64,000 nucleotides of DNA from Lachnospiraceae bacterium (GTDB taxonomy: Bacteria > Bacillota > Clostridia > Lachnospirales > Lachnospiraceae): positions 3,723 through 67,722 of the forward strand of contig JALEIR010000066.1 of NCBI GenBank assembly GCA_022769665.1. The letters are read 5' to 3'. Position 1 is the first letter of the stretch. Every line of letters begins with the position of its first letter. The translations under genes were made by a program, and so were the position numbers. Below the pieces are notes generated by a model. The model saw only the letters and a list, made by a program, of their open reading frames with translations. It did no database searches and was not told the origin of the DNA. Below are positions 10,412 to 19,820 of the stretch, in pieces.

Positions 10412-11497
10412 ATGACTCAGGTAAAGAATAAAAAGAACAAAAATGAAGACAGGCGGTCTCAAGGTACCATCAAGCGGTATTGCTTTGGAGCAATTGTACT
10501 TGTTGTTTTGATAAGTACTGCTTTTCTTGTACCACGGCTGTTATTGGAATTACAGGATAATCTCAGATGCGGTAAGATAGTACTGACTGAGGCGGAAGAG
10601 ATGGATATCACTTCTTTCAACACCGGCTATGAAAAAAATTTATATAAAAGGTTGTTTCGGTTCGCAAAGGAACTTGATGAGGGACAGCAGTTTTATGTAG
10701 GTTCTCAGGAGGTTGAAGATACCGAGGAAATTGAGGATTTTCTAAAGTCGGAAAATGGATTATATCAGGATAAATTCTGGATGTGGCTTGATATTGGAAT
10801 AGTGCCGGATGATGTACTGATATATCTGCTTCGGCAGTGCAGACAATATGTAATTTATGGGGACGATTTTTCTGACGGTATGAATTTCCTTTTGTGGTAT
10901 GTGGAATTGGGAGAGGAAGGGCAGACGATTTTAAAACTGTTGATAGATGCGGAAACGGGTGATTTTTACGGTATCTGTCTGGAGGAATCAGAGGATGCTC
11001 TGGCCCGGAGGGGATATACAGTTACAACAGGGGAATACAATCTGGAAGATTGCTTTCAAATGCAGACTGACGGTGATATGCTAGATTTGTGGTTTACATT
11101 TGCCTATTATTACGGAGGCCTGAAGGAATCTGAGATATTTCAAAACGCAGAAAAATACGGATATGATATCTATGCATCGGAAGGTGAAATTTATGCTTTA
11201 GATGCATATATAGAGACACCTTATAACAGTATAAACAGCGATTTTGATTATGAGAAGATTGGAAAGGTCTTGGAACAGTTAAAATGGGAGCTGAGCGAAG
11301 ACCGTAATAGAATAGACTTTTTGTTTCCTTACGGTAGGAACGGAGAAATGGAAGACGGGAACATTTCGGAATTACGCTTTAGTCTGGAAGCAGATTGGGC
11401 TGCTACAATGAAAGATAAGAACAAATATTATAAATTAAAAACTTTTCTTGCGGGATTCCCGGAAATATATGAACGGATTCCGGAGTTTTCGGAATAG
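10412..11497 (+). CDS. Hypothetical acidic protein with single N-terminal membrane anchor
   Basis: 361-aa ORF abutting the kinase stop. Basic N-terminus, hydrophobic stretch, then an acidic domain I do not recognise. Confidence 0.7.
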   Translation: MTQVKNKKNKNEDRRSQGTIKRYCFGAIVLVVLISTAFLVPRLLLELQDNLRCGKIVLTEAEEMDITSFNTGYEKNLYKRLFRFAKELDEGQQFYVGSQEVEDTEEIEDFLKSENGLYQDKFWMWLDIGIVPDDVLIYLLRQCRQYVIYGDDFSDGMNFLLWYVELGEEGQTILKLLIDAETGDFYGICLEESEDALARRGYTVTTGEYNLEDCFQMQTDGDMLDLWFTFAYYYGGLKESEIFQNAEKYGYDIYASEGEIYALDAYIETPYNSINSDFDYEKIGKVLEQLKWELSEDRNRIDFLFPYGRNGEMEDGNISELRFSLEADWAATMKDKNKYYKLKTFLAGFPEIYERIPEFSE

Positions 11498-11544
11498 TTT
11501 TGCTCCTGTACCGATATATTTTAGAAAACGGTACAGGGGTTTTT

Positions 11545-12963
11545 ATGTCTTTGGAGGATTGGATTCAAAAAATCGATAATCTGGTTTGGGGACCCTGGCT
11601 GCTGGTACTTCTTCTCGGAACAGGTATTTATCTGACGGTTCGGCTTCGATTCTTAAGCGTGAGAAACCTGAAATATGCCATGAAATGTGTCCTGGGTTCG
11701 GATAAGGATGAGACGCGGAATGAATATGAGCTTTCTGCCACCGAAAACTACAAAAAGAATAAATCCGGAAAGGTGTCATCTTTTTCGTCACTGACGACGG
11801 AACTTGCCGCAACAATAGGAACCGGTAATATTGTAGGGGTATCAACTGCGATGGTTTTGGGTGGTCCGGGTGCACTATTCTGGATGGTGGTGTCCGGCAT
11901 TTTCGGGATGGCAACAAAACTGGTGGAGAGTACCCTGGCTGTAAAATACAGGGGAAAAAACGAAAAGGGTCAGACAGCCGGCGGACCCATGTATGTCATG
12001 GAAAAAGCTTTTCCAAATAGAAAGATAGGTCATTTCCTGGCAGTCAGTTTTGCGGTGTTTGCAGTGTTTGCCTCTTTCGGTATGGGAAATATGACTCAGG
12101 CAAACTCTATTGCAGATGCGTTGGATGTTACATTTCGGGTTTCAAAAGCAAATAGTGGACTGATTTTTACTGTTCTGACAATTCTGGTTGTGTTGGGCGG
12201 TATTGGTTTTATCGGTAAATTTACACAGCTTCTTGTGCCGTTAATGGGTATTATATACATGGCGGGAACAATAACTGTGATATTATTTCATTGGAAAAAT
12301 ATTCCAATGGCGATGGGAGGAATTATGACTGCAGCCTTTTCTCCTAAAGCGGTGTCAGGGGGCTTGTTCGGACATTTGACAACTTCTGCCATGGATGCCT
12401 TAAGATGGGGAATATCCCGAGGTATCTTTTCCAATGAAGCAGGTCTTGGAGCTGCCGGAATTTCAGCGGCGGCAGCGGATACCGATGATTACATTAAGCA
12501 GGGATATATCAGTATGACGGGAGTTTTTCTTGATACAATTGTCATATGTACGGCTACCGGGTTGGCGCTTGCATCTTCGGGAGTACTTGGCGCTTTGGAT
12601 GAATCGGGAAAACCTTTGACGGGAACAGCGCTTACTTTGAAGGCATTTCATACAGTACTGGGAGATTTTGGAGAATGCTTTATCGCCATCTGTATTGTGT
12701 TATTTGCCTTTGCAACCATTATCGCATGGGCTTATCAGGGTGAGAGAGCCTTTGAATTTCTGATGAGGGGAAAAGTAAAATATAATTTGTTTTATCGTTT
12801 GTTATATGGATTTGTTGCGTTTGTAGGTTGCGTCTGTCCGCTACAGATGGTTTGGAATCTGTCGGACATTTGCAATGGGTTGATGGCAATACCAAATTTA
12901 ATCTGTGTTCTGGTGTTGTCCGAAGAAATTTGTAAAGAGATTACAGCGAGAGAATATAGATGA
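11545..12963 (+). CDS. Alanine/glycine:cation symporter (AGCS) family
   Basis: Motifs ATIGTGNIVGV, GGPGALFWM, GGPMY, FSNEAGLG. Confidence 0.92.
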   Translation: MSLEDWIQKIDNLVWGPWLLVLLLGTGIYLTVRLRFLSVRNLKYAMKCVLGSDKDETRNEYELSATENYKKNKSGKVSSFSSLTTELAATIGTGNIVGVSTAMVLGGPGALFWMVVSGIFGMATKLVESTLAVKYRGKNEKGQTAGGPMYVMEKAFPNRKIGHFLAVSFAVFAVFASFGMGNMTQANSIADALDVTFRVSKANSGLIFTVLTILVVLGGIGFIGKFTQLLVPLMGIIYMAGTITVILFHWKNIPMAMGGIMTAAFSPKAVSGGLFGHLTTSAMDALRWGISRGIFSNEAGLGAAGISAAAADTDDYIKQGYISMTGVFLDTIVICTATGLALASSGVLGALDESGKPLTGTALTLKAFHTVLGDFGECFIAICIVLFAFATIIAWAYQGERAFEFLMRGKVKYNLFYRLLYGFVAFVGCVCPLQMVWNLSDICNGLMAIPNLICVLVLSEEICKEITAREYR

Positions 12964-13189
12964 AAAAAGCCGGGAAAGCATAGTTTTAAAAGTAAAAAAA
13001 GTTGTTGAATAGGAAAAAACATGCTATGATTATTGGCGCAGGCATTTTTGGCTGCGCTGTTTTTGTGTGAAATATTCAGAAAAATCTGACGTATGCCGGT
13101 TGACGTATGAAAGACAACATTTGAATGTGGATAGTAGAATAAAAACGAATGTACACGAGGAAAGATTATAACGGAGAAAGGAAAGAAAT

Positions 13190-14428
13190 ATGTCAAAAAC
13201 AATTGAAAATTTTTTAAGGTATGCAAAAATAGACACGCAATCCAGTGAAACCACAGGTACGACGCCCAGTACGCGAAAACAACATGTGCTGGCAAAGTTA
13301 CTGGTAGAGGAGTTGAAGGCTGTGGGAGCATCGGAGATCACGTATGATGAGGAACACTGTTATGTGTATGCTTCGATTCCTGCAACTTCCGGTTGCGAGG
13401 ATGCAGCGGTTTTGGGATTTATAGCACATATGGACACTTCTCCTGCAGTGACTGACACAAATGTTAAACCACGTATAGTCGAAAATTATGATGGTAAGGA
13501 TATTGTACTGAATGAAACGGAGAATATTGTATTTCGGGTAGAGGATTTCCCTGAGGTATTAAAATTAAAGGGGAAGGATTTGATTGTCACTGACGGAACC
13601 ACATTGTTGGGTGCGGATGATAAGGCCGGTATTGCGGAAATCATGACAATGGCAGAATACTTGTTGAAGCATCCTGAAGTCAGACACGGGAAGATACGCA
13701 TTGGTTTTACTCCTGATGAGGAAATCGGTGCGGGAGCAGATTATTTTGATGTTTCGCTTTTCGGAGCGGATTTTGCCTATACCGTGGATGGCGGAGAGCT
13801 GGGGGAGCTTGAAGATGAGACCTTTAATGCTGCATCCGGTAAGCTGATTATACACGGACGCAGTGTACATCCCGGAAGTGCTAAGGGAAAGATGATCAAT
13901 TCTATTCTGGTGGCTCAGGAATTCCAGACACTTTTACCTGTATTTCAGAACCCAATGTATACAGAAGGATATGAGGGATTTTTTCACCTTGACGGTATTT
14001 CCGGAAATGTTGAAGAAACTGTTGCTGAATATATTATCAGAGATCATGACAGAAATTTGTTTGAACAGAAGAAAAAGATGTTTTTACAGTGCGCCGATTT
14101 CCTGAACCTGAAATATGGGGAAGGTACGGTTATTGCTGAGGTGAAGGATTCCTACTATAACATGAAGGAAGTCTTAAAGCCCCATGCGCATCTCATGGAG
14201 AATGCTTCCCTGGCATTGCGGGAGCTTGGCGCAGAACCGGTGATTTCTCCTGTCAGAGGAGGAACCGACGGCGCAAGGCTGTCTTACATGGGACTGCCAT
14301 GTCCGAATCTCTGTACCGGCGGTGCCAACTATCACAGTCGCTTTGAGTATGCATGTGTTCAGTCCATGGAAACGGTGACGGAGCTTTTGATTAAGCTTTC
14401 AGGAATGTATGCGGATTTTAGAAAATAA
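13190..14428 (+). CDS. pepT: Peptidase T (tripeptidase)
   Basis: Motifs [26 protein letters not shown]. Confidence 0.95.
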   Translation: MSKTIENFLRYAKIDTQSSETTGTTPSTRKQHVLAKLLVEELKAVGASEITYDEEHCYVYASIPATSGCEDAAVLGFIAHMDTSPAVTDTNVKPRIVENYDGKDIVLNETENIVFRVEDFPEVLKLKGKDLIVTDGTTLLGADDKAGIAEIMTMAEYLLKHPEVRHGKIRIGFTPDEEIGAGADYFDVSLFGADFAYTVDGGELGELEDETFNAASGKLIIHGRSVHPGSAKGKMINSILVAQEFQTLLPVFQNPMYTEGYEGFFHLDGISGNVEETVAEYIIRDHDRNLFEQKKKMFLQCADFLNLKYGEGTVIAEVKDSYYNMKEVLKPHAHLMENASLALRELGAEPVISPVRGGTDGARLSYMGLPCPNLCTGGANYHSRFEYACVQSMETVTELLIKLSGMYADFRK

Positions 14429-14488
14429 ATATATAATTCGCGTAAAGCAGATGTACAACTTGAACGATATTTAGAAAGGTAATATTAA

Positions 14489-15937
14489 ATGCTTAACAAC
14501 TTCACTTTAGAGAAAATAGATATAAATGCTCCAATCCCTGAAGAGGAAACCAAGCGGCAGTTTTACTTTATGGCAAAAGCAAAGAAGCACGTAGAAGCGC
14601 TTGCGGAGAAATTAGGACATGTTCCCACCTGCTGCGTCACCACTTTCGGCTGTCAGATGAATGCAAGAGATTCCGAAAAACTTGTAGGAATTCTGGAAAA
14701 TGTAGGATATGAGATTATTGACAGCGAAAAGGCTGATTTCGTCATTTTCAACACCTGTACCGTCAGGGATAATGCAAATCAACGTGTATACGGACGGTTG
14801 GGAGAATTAAACGGCTATAAGAGACGTAATCCTCATATGAAGATTGCCCTTTGCGGATGTATGATGCAGGAGCCTGCTGTCATTGAGAAAATCAAGAAAA
14901 GCTATGGCTTTGTGGATCTGATTTTCGGCACACATAATATATTCAAATTTGCAGAGCTGTTGTGTGCTTCCTTCGAGACAGAGGGGATGCTCATTGATAT
15001 CTGGAAGGATACGGATAAAATCGTGGAAGATTTGCCTGTTGAGCGAAAGTATTCTTTTAAGTCCGGTATTAATATCATGTTCGGATGTAATAATTTCTGC
15101 AGCTATTGTATAGTCCCGTATGTGCGGGGACGGGAGAGAAGCAGAGAGCCGAAGGACATTATTCGGGAGATTGAGACGTTGGTTGCTGATGGCGTGGTGG
15201 AAATTATGTTGCTGGGCCAGAACGTAAACTCCTATGGAAAGAATCTGGAAGAGCCTGTCACCTTTGCACAACTTCTTCGGGAGGTGGAAAAGATTGAGGG
15301 ATTACAGAGAATCAGGTTTATGACCTCACATCCCAAGGATTTGTCCGATGAACTGATTCAGGTAATGAAAGAGTCCAAAAAGATATGCAGACATCTGCAT
15401 CTGCCCCTGCAATCCGGTTCCACAGAGATTTTAACACGAATGAACAGACGATATACCAAGGAGCAATATGTGGATCTTGCCATGAAAATAAGAAGGGAAA
15501 TCCCCGATATTGCCATCACCACAGATATTATTGTCGGATTTCCGGGAGAAACCTCGGAGGACCTTGAGGAAACCATTGATGTTGTGAAAACAGTTAAGTT
15601 TGACAATGCCTTTACTTTTATTTATTCCAAGCGTACCGGAACTCCTGCCGCTGCCATGGAAAATCAGGTACCTGAAGAGCAGGTGAAGGAAGGCTTTGAC
15701 AGACTGTTAAAGGTGGTACAGGAAACTGCCAGAGAACAGGTGGCAAAATATCAGGGTAAGGTAATGGATGCGTTGATTGAAGAAGTCAACGACAGCGACA
15801 ATACAAAAGTGACGGGAAGACTTTCCAACAATACCGTCGTTCATGTGCCCGGGGATGCCTCCATGATTGGTAAAATCGTACCGGTTTCGCTGGATGAATG
15901 TCACGGATTTTACTACATTGGGCATGTAGTGGAGTAA
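14489..15937 (+). CDS. miaB: tRNA N6-isopentenyl-A37 methylthiotransferase
   Basis: GCQMN, NTCTVR, radical-SAM CNNFCSYC, C-terminal TRAM domain. Confidence 0.95.
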   Translation: MLNNFTLEKIDINAPIPEEETKRQFYFMAKAKKHVEALAEKLGHVPTCCVTTFGCQMNARDSEKLVGILENVGYEIIDSEKADFVIFNTCTVRDNANQRVYGRLGELNGYKRRNPHMKIALCGCMMQEPAVIEKIKKSYGFVDLIFGTHNIFKFAELLCASFETEGMLIDIWKDTDKIVEDLPVERKYSFKSGINIMFGCNNFCSYCIVPYVRGRERSREPKDIIREIETLVADGVVEIMLLGQNVNSYGKNLEEPVTFAQLLREVEKIEGLQRIRFMTSHPKDLSDELIQVMKESKKICRHLHLPLQSGSTEILTRMNRRYTKEQYVDLAMKIRREIPDIAITTDIIVGFPGETSEDLEETIDVVKTVKFDNAFTFIYSKRTGTPAAAMENQVPEEQVKEGFDRLLKVVQETAREQVAKYQGKVMDALIEEVNDSDNTKVTGRLSNNTVVHVPGDASMIGKIVPVSLDECHGFYYIGHVVE

Positions 15938-15998
15938 GGATGGAGATAGTATACAGAAAAGCATTCGGGAAATGCATGTTAAAAAGGAAATATAAATC

Positions 15999-17792
15999 AT
16001 GACTAAAGCTCTCAAAACTACTTTTCAACATATTGAGGCAGCACCGGGACAACGAATTTTGGTAATCAGTGATATTCATGGACATTTCAATCATCTTGTT
16101 CAGCTTCTTCGAAAGATGGAGTACAACGGGGATGATATACTTGTAATTGTCGGTGATTTGGTAGATAAGGGGCCGGAGAGTCTTCGGGTGGTTCAGTATG
16201 TCATGGATTTGTGCAGACAGCATCCTGTCTATGTTTCCGCCGGAAATGTGGATATGGGTAGACTTTGGATGATTGAAGATGATTCACAGGAAGAAGCGGA
16301 AAGCTTTATCAGTTTTTTGAAATGGAATCAGGAATACTGGGGGAGTAGCTTCTGTCAGGAAATGCTTGCAGATATAGGTATCGGCCTTCATCAACTGACG
16401 GCTGAAAATGTTTTGGAATATAAACGACAGCTGAGAAGTCATTTTCAGGTAGAACTTGAATTCCTGAGGAGTCGTCCTACTATCTTGACAGCAGGTAAAT
16501 ATTTGTTTGTACATGGTGGTGTGCCTACGGATGATATAGGGAAACTGGAAGGAACAGATGCAAAAGCATATCTGAAAAATGATAATTTCCTGAATCAGGG
16601 ATATCAATTTCAAAATTACACTGTGTTAACAGGGCATTGGCCTACCTGCCTTTACCGGAATGAATATGAGGATGTGAGTCCTTTGTTTGACAAAGAGAAA
16701 GGGATTATCTGTATTGATGGCGGTTGTGGATTGAAGTCTTCCGGTCAGCTGAACGGAATCATTCTTCCGGATTGCAGGGCAAATATGGAGGAAATTTATT
16801 GGACAAGCTATGATAAATATCCCGTAGTAAAAGCGCTGGATAAGCAGGAAGATAAACCTGCATCTTTACATATTCAGTATTTTGACAGTCAGGTTGAAAT
16901 TCTAAATTGTCAGAAAGAAGATACAGAACCCCAGGGTACAGAAACACAGAGTACAGAACCCCAGGATAGTAAGACTCCGGATAGAGAAAAAAAGGATACG
17001 GAAATCCGGGAAAAAATTTGTACAATCAGGCATTTGTCAACGGGGAAAATTCTGGAGGCACCCAGGAAATGGATTTCCAATTGGGGCAATCAGGAATTTC
17101 ACTGTGATGACTATTGTGATGCGGTTTTGCAGGTTGAACCGGGAGAAATGCTGTCGGTTTTATTTGAGGCAGGGGCGAAACGTTATGTGAAAAGTCGCGG
17201 AAGAATTGGCTGGTATTATGGAGAAGCAGAACCAGTCAGCACAAAACTGCAGCTTGTGAAAGGGGCACCCCAAGGCGGGAATTGGCGCAGGGAGCGGGAA
17301 CTTGCAGTATACAGATTGTTAGATGAACTAGGACTTGTATATGAAAGAATTGACCATGATGAAGCCAACACCATGGAGGCATGTCAGGCAGTAGACGAGG
17401 TGCTGGATGCGGTTATCTGTAAAAATCTGTTCCTTTGTAATCAGCAGAGGACAAAATTTTATCTGTTGATGATGCCGGAGGGGAAAAAATTTAAAACGAA
17501 AGAATTGTCCAAACAGATTAACAGTGCCAGACTTTCATTTGCGGAAGCCATGTATATGGAGGAGTTCCTTCATATCACTCCCGGTTCTGTCAGTGTCATG
17601 GGTCTGATGAATGATAAGAATAACCGGGTACAGCTTCTGATTGATAAGGATGTACTAAAGGGAGAACGGTTTGGCTGTCATCCCTGTATGAATACCTCGA
17701 GCATAAGAATGAGCCTGAAGGATTTGCGGTATAAGTTCCTGCCTGCTGTAAGCCATGAACCTGTATTTGTAGAACTGAATGGCGGGGATTAG
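15999..17792 (+). CDS. Calcineurin-like metallophosphoesterase fused to a PrdX/YbaK-type aminoacyl-tRNA editing domain
   Basis: N-terminal DIHG, GDLVDKG, GNxD, HGG, GHWP and IDGGCG. C-terminal CKNLFL, LSFA, TPGSVS and HPCMNTSS of the ProXp-ala/PrdX family. No stop between the two. Confidence 0.8.
   Translation: MTKALKTTFQHIEAAPGQRILVISDIHGHFNHLVQLLRKMEYNGDDILVIVGDLVDKGPESLRVVQYVMDLCRQHPVYVSAGNVDMGRLWMIEDDSQEEAESFISFLKWNQEYWGSSFCQEMLADIGIGLHQLTAENVLEYKRQLRSHFQVELEFLRSRPTILTAGKYLFVHGGVPTDDIGKLEGTDAKAYLKNDNFLNQGYQFQNYTVLTGHWPTCLYRNEYEDVSPLFDKEKGIICIDGGCGLKSSGQLNGIILPDCRANMEEIYWTSYDKYPVVKALDKQEDKPASLHIQYFDSQVEILNCQKEDTEPQGTETQSTEPQDSKTPDREKKDTEIREKICTIRHLSTGKILEAPRKWISNWGNQEFHCDDYCDAVLQVEPGEMLSVLFEAGAKRYVKSRGRIGWYYGEAEPVSTKLQLVKGAPQGGNWRRERELAVYRLLDELGLVYERIDHDEANTMEACQAVDEVLDAVICKNLFLCNQQRTKFYLLMMPEGKKFKTKELSKQINSARLSFAEAMYMEEFLHITPGSVSVMGLMNDKNNRVQLLIDKDVLKGERFGCHPCMNTSSIRMSLKDLRYKFLPAVSHEPVFVELNGGD
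16920..17009 (+). repeat. Degenerate 15-bp in-frame tandem repeat (6 units)
   Basis: GATACAGAACCCCAG/GGTACAGAAACACAG/AGTACAGAACCCCAG/GATAGTAAGACTCCG/GATAGAGAAAAAAAG/GATACGGAAATCCGG, encoding DTEPQ GTETQ STEPQ DSKTP DREKK DTEIR. Confidence 0.7.
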
Positions 17793-17974
17793 TGAGAAAA
17801 ATCTGCTATATGTGCCGTCTGCGAAATGGGGAATAAAGGAAAATCAGCCGGGGAACTGTCAAATTGTAAAAAAGAATTGCAATTGTGTCAAAATAGGAAT
17901 ATGATAAAATCCGTGTCGTCCTATAGAAATGTGAGCCGATACGGATTTTGAATTTACTTATGAGGAGAATCAAA

Positions 17975-19630
17975 ATGGACAAGTTAAAACCAAAGCTTTT
18001 TTCGGTGATGAAGACCTACACGAAAGAGCAGTTTATCAAGGATGTGATTGCGGGAATTATCGTTGCAATCATTGCACTGCCTCTTTCCATTGCGCTGGCA
18101 ATTGCGTCCGGTGTCGGACCTGAAGCCGGTATTTACACTGCAATTATTGCAGGATTCTTTGTGGCATTTCTGGGCGGAAGCCGAGTACAGATTGCAGGAC
18201 CCACAGCAGCTTTTGCCACAATTGTTGCCGGTATTGTGGCAAAGGACGGAGTGGAAGGCCTGATGGTTGCAACCATTATGGCAGGTTTGTTTCTGATACT
18301 GATGGGCTTCTTGAGATTCGGAAATCTACTGAAGTTTATTCCCTATACCATCACTACAGGATTTACCGCAGGTATTGCGGTTACTCTGTTTATCGGTCAA
18401 ATTAAGGATTTTGGGGGTATTATTTATCAAAACGGCGAGAACCCCATTGAAACGCTGGAGAAGGTTGAAGCTCTTATTACAAATATAACAACAATTAACT
18501 GGCAGGCTGTCGCTATAGGAGCCCTTGCGCTGGCAATTCTGATTATCTGGCCCAAGTTTTTTAAGAAGATTCCCGGCTCACTGATTGCGGTAGTGGTTAC
18601 CGCTGCAATTGTAGAATTGTGTAAGCTGGATGTGAACACAATAGGCAAAGCCTTTACCAACATTCAGGCGGGTTTTCCGAAGCTGACATTGAGCGCCTCT
18701 GTACTTTCCTTCGATATGATTCGTTCTCAGCTTTCCAATGCGGTTACCATAGCATTGCTTGCGGGCATTGAATCTCTGCTTTCGGCGGTTGTTGCGGACA
18801 GTATGATAGGTTCCAAACATCGTCCTAATATGGAACTGATCGCACAGGGTGTTGCAAATATCGGTTCTGCGTGCTTTGGAGGTATCCCTGCAACGGGAGC
18901 CATTGCCAGAACTGCCGCAAATATTAAAAACGGCGGACGTACACCAATTTCCGGAATTGTACATTCCGTGACACTGCTTTTGGTTGTGGTATTTTTAATG
19001 CCTCTTGCAAAGCTGATTCCCATGCCTTGCATTGCGGCTATTCTGTTTCAGGTGGCTTACAATATGAGCGGCTGGCGTAATTTTGTGAAGCTTTGCAAAT
19101 CCTCTCCCAAAAGCGATATTCTGGTACTTGCAACAACCTTCCTTCTGACGGTTATCTTTGATCTTGTAGTGGCCATTGAAGTAGGAATTGTACTGGCTGC
19201 CATTCTGTTTATGAAGAGAATGAGTGATGTTACGGAGGTATCGGGCTGGAAGTACATTGATGATGAAAACGATCCGGAAAGCATAGAGCTGATGGCTGTT
19301 CCCGCTCATACTTGTGTATATGAAATTTCAGGCCCCATGTTCTTTGCTGCGGCAGAGAAGATTTTGAATATTTCCATCAAGGAAGATACAAAGGTACTTG
19401 TCATCCGTATGCGAAGTGTAAATGCCATAGATGCTACGGCGATGAGGAATCTGGAACAGCTCGTTGAAGACTGTGAAAAGAAAAATGTAAAGGTGGTTCT
19501 TTCCCATGTGAATGAGCAGCCTATGAAGGTAATGGAAAAGGCAGGACTGGTAGAACGGGTGGGAAAAGATAATTTCTGCAGCCATATTGAGGAAGCGTTA
19601 AAACGTGCTGAAGATATTCAGAGAAAATAA
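17975..19630 (+). CDS. SulP family inorganic anion transporter with STAS domain
   Basis: Motifs GPTAAF, ESLLSAVVAD, TGAIARTAAN; C-terminal GPMFFAAA and IDATA. RBS GAGGAG before ATG 17975. Confidence 0.93.
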   Translation: MDKLKPKLFSVMKTYTKEQFIKDVIAGIIVAIIALPLSIALAIASGVGPEAGIYTAIIAGFFVAFLGGSRVQIAGPTAAFATIVAGIVAKDGVEGLMVATIMAGLFLILMGFLRFGNLLKFIPYTITTGFTAGIAVTLFIGQIKDFGGIIYQNGENPIETLEKVEALITNITTINWQAVAIGALALAILIIWPKFFKKIPGSLIAVVVTAAIVELCKLDVNTIGKAFTNIQAGFPKLTLSASVLSFDMIRSQLSNAVTIALLAGIESLLSAVVADSMIGSKHRPNMELIAQGVANIGSACFGGIPATGAIARTAANIKNGGRTPISGIVHSVTLLLVVVFLMPLAKLIPMPCIAAILFQVAYNMSGWRNFVKLCKSSPKSDILVLATTFLLTVIFDLVVAIEVGIVLAAILFMKRMSDVTEVSGWKYIDDENDPESIELMAVPAHTCVYEISGPMFFAAAEKILNISIKEDTKVLVIRMRSVNAIDATAMRNLEQLVEDCEKKNVKVVLSHVNEQPMKVMEKAGLVERVGKDNFCSHIEEALKRAEDIQRK

Positions 19631-19725
19631 AAGTATGGACGTACGAGAGATTTTCGTAAGTTTGATATATGAGGTACTCACGAGAGCTCGAAAGATTTAC
19701 AAATACAATATTTTGTGGTAAGATT

Positions 19726-19762
19726 AAGGCAAATGCGCAATTCATTGTGCGTTTGCCTTTTT
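19726..19762 (+). terminator. Intrinsic terminator-like hairpin after sulP
   Basis: AAGGCAAATGCGCAA-TTCA-TTGTGCGTTTGCCTT followed by TTT. Confidence 0.65.
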
Positions 19763-19820
19763 AGTGATTCGTATATTTGAACCGATAAAGAGAAGCGTTA
19801 GAACAGGAGCGTTAACGAAG

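Noticed and set aside
13087-13109. TGACGTATG direct repeat (14-bp period) upstream of pepT
   Set aside because: Only 9 bp, off helical phase, and no clean promoter could be assigned around it.
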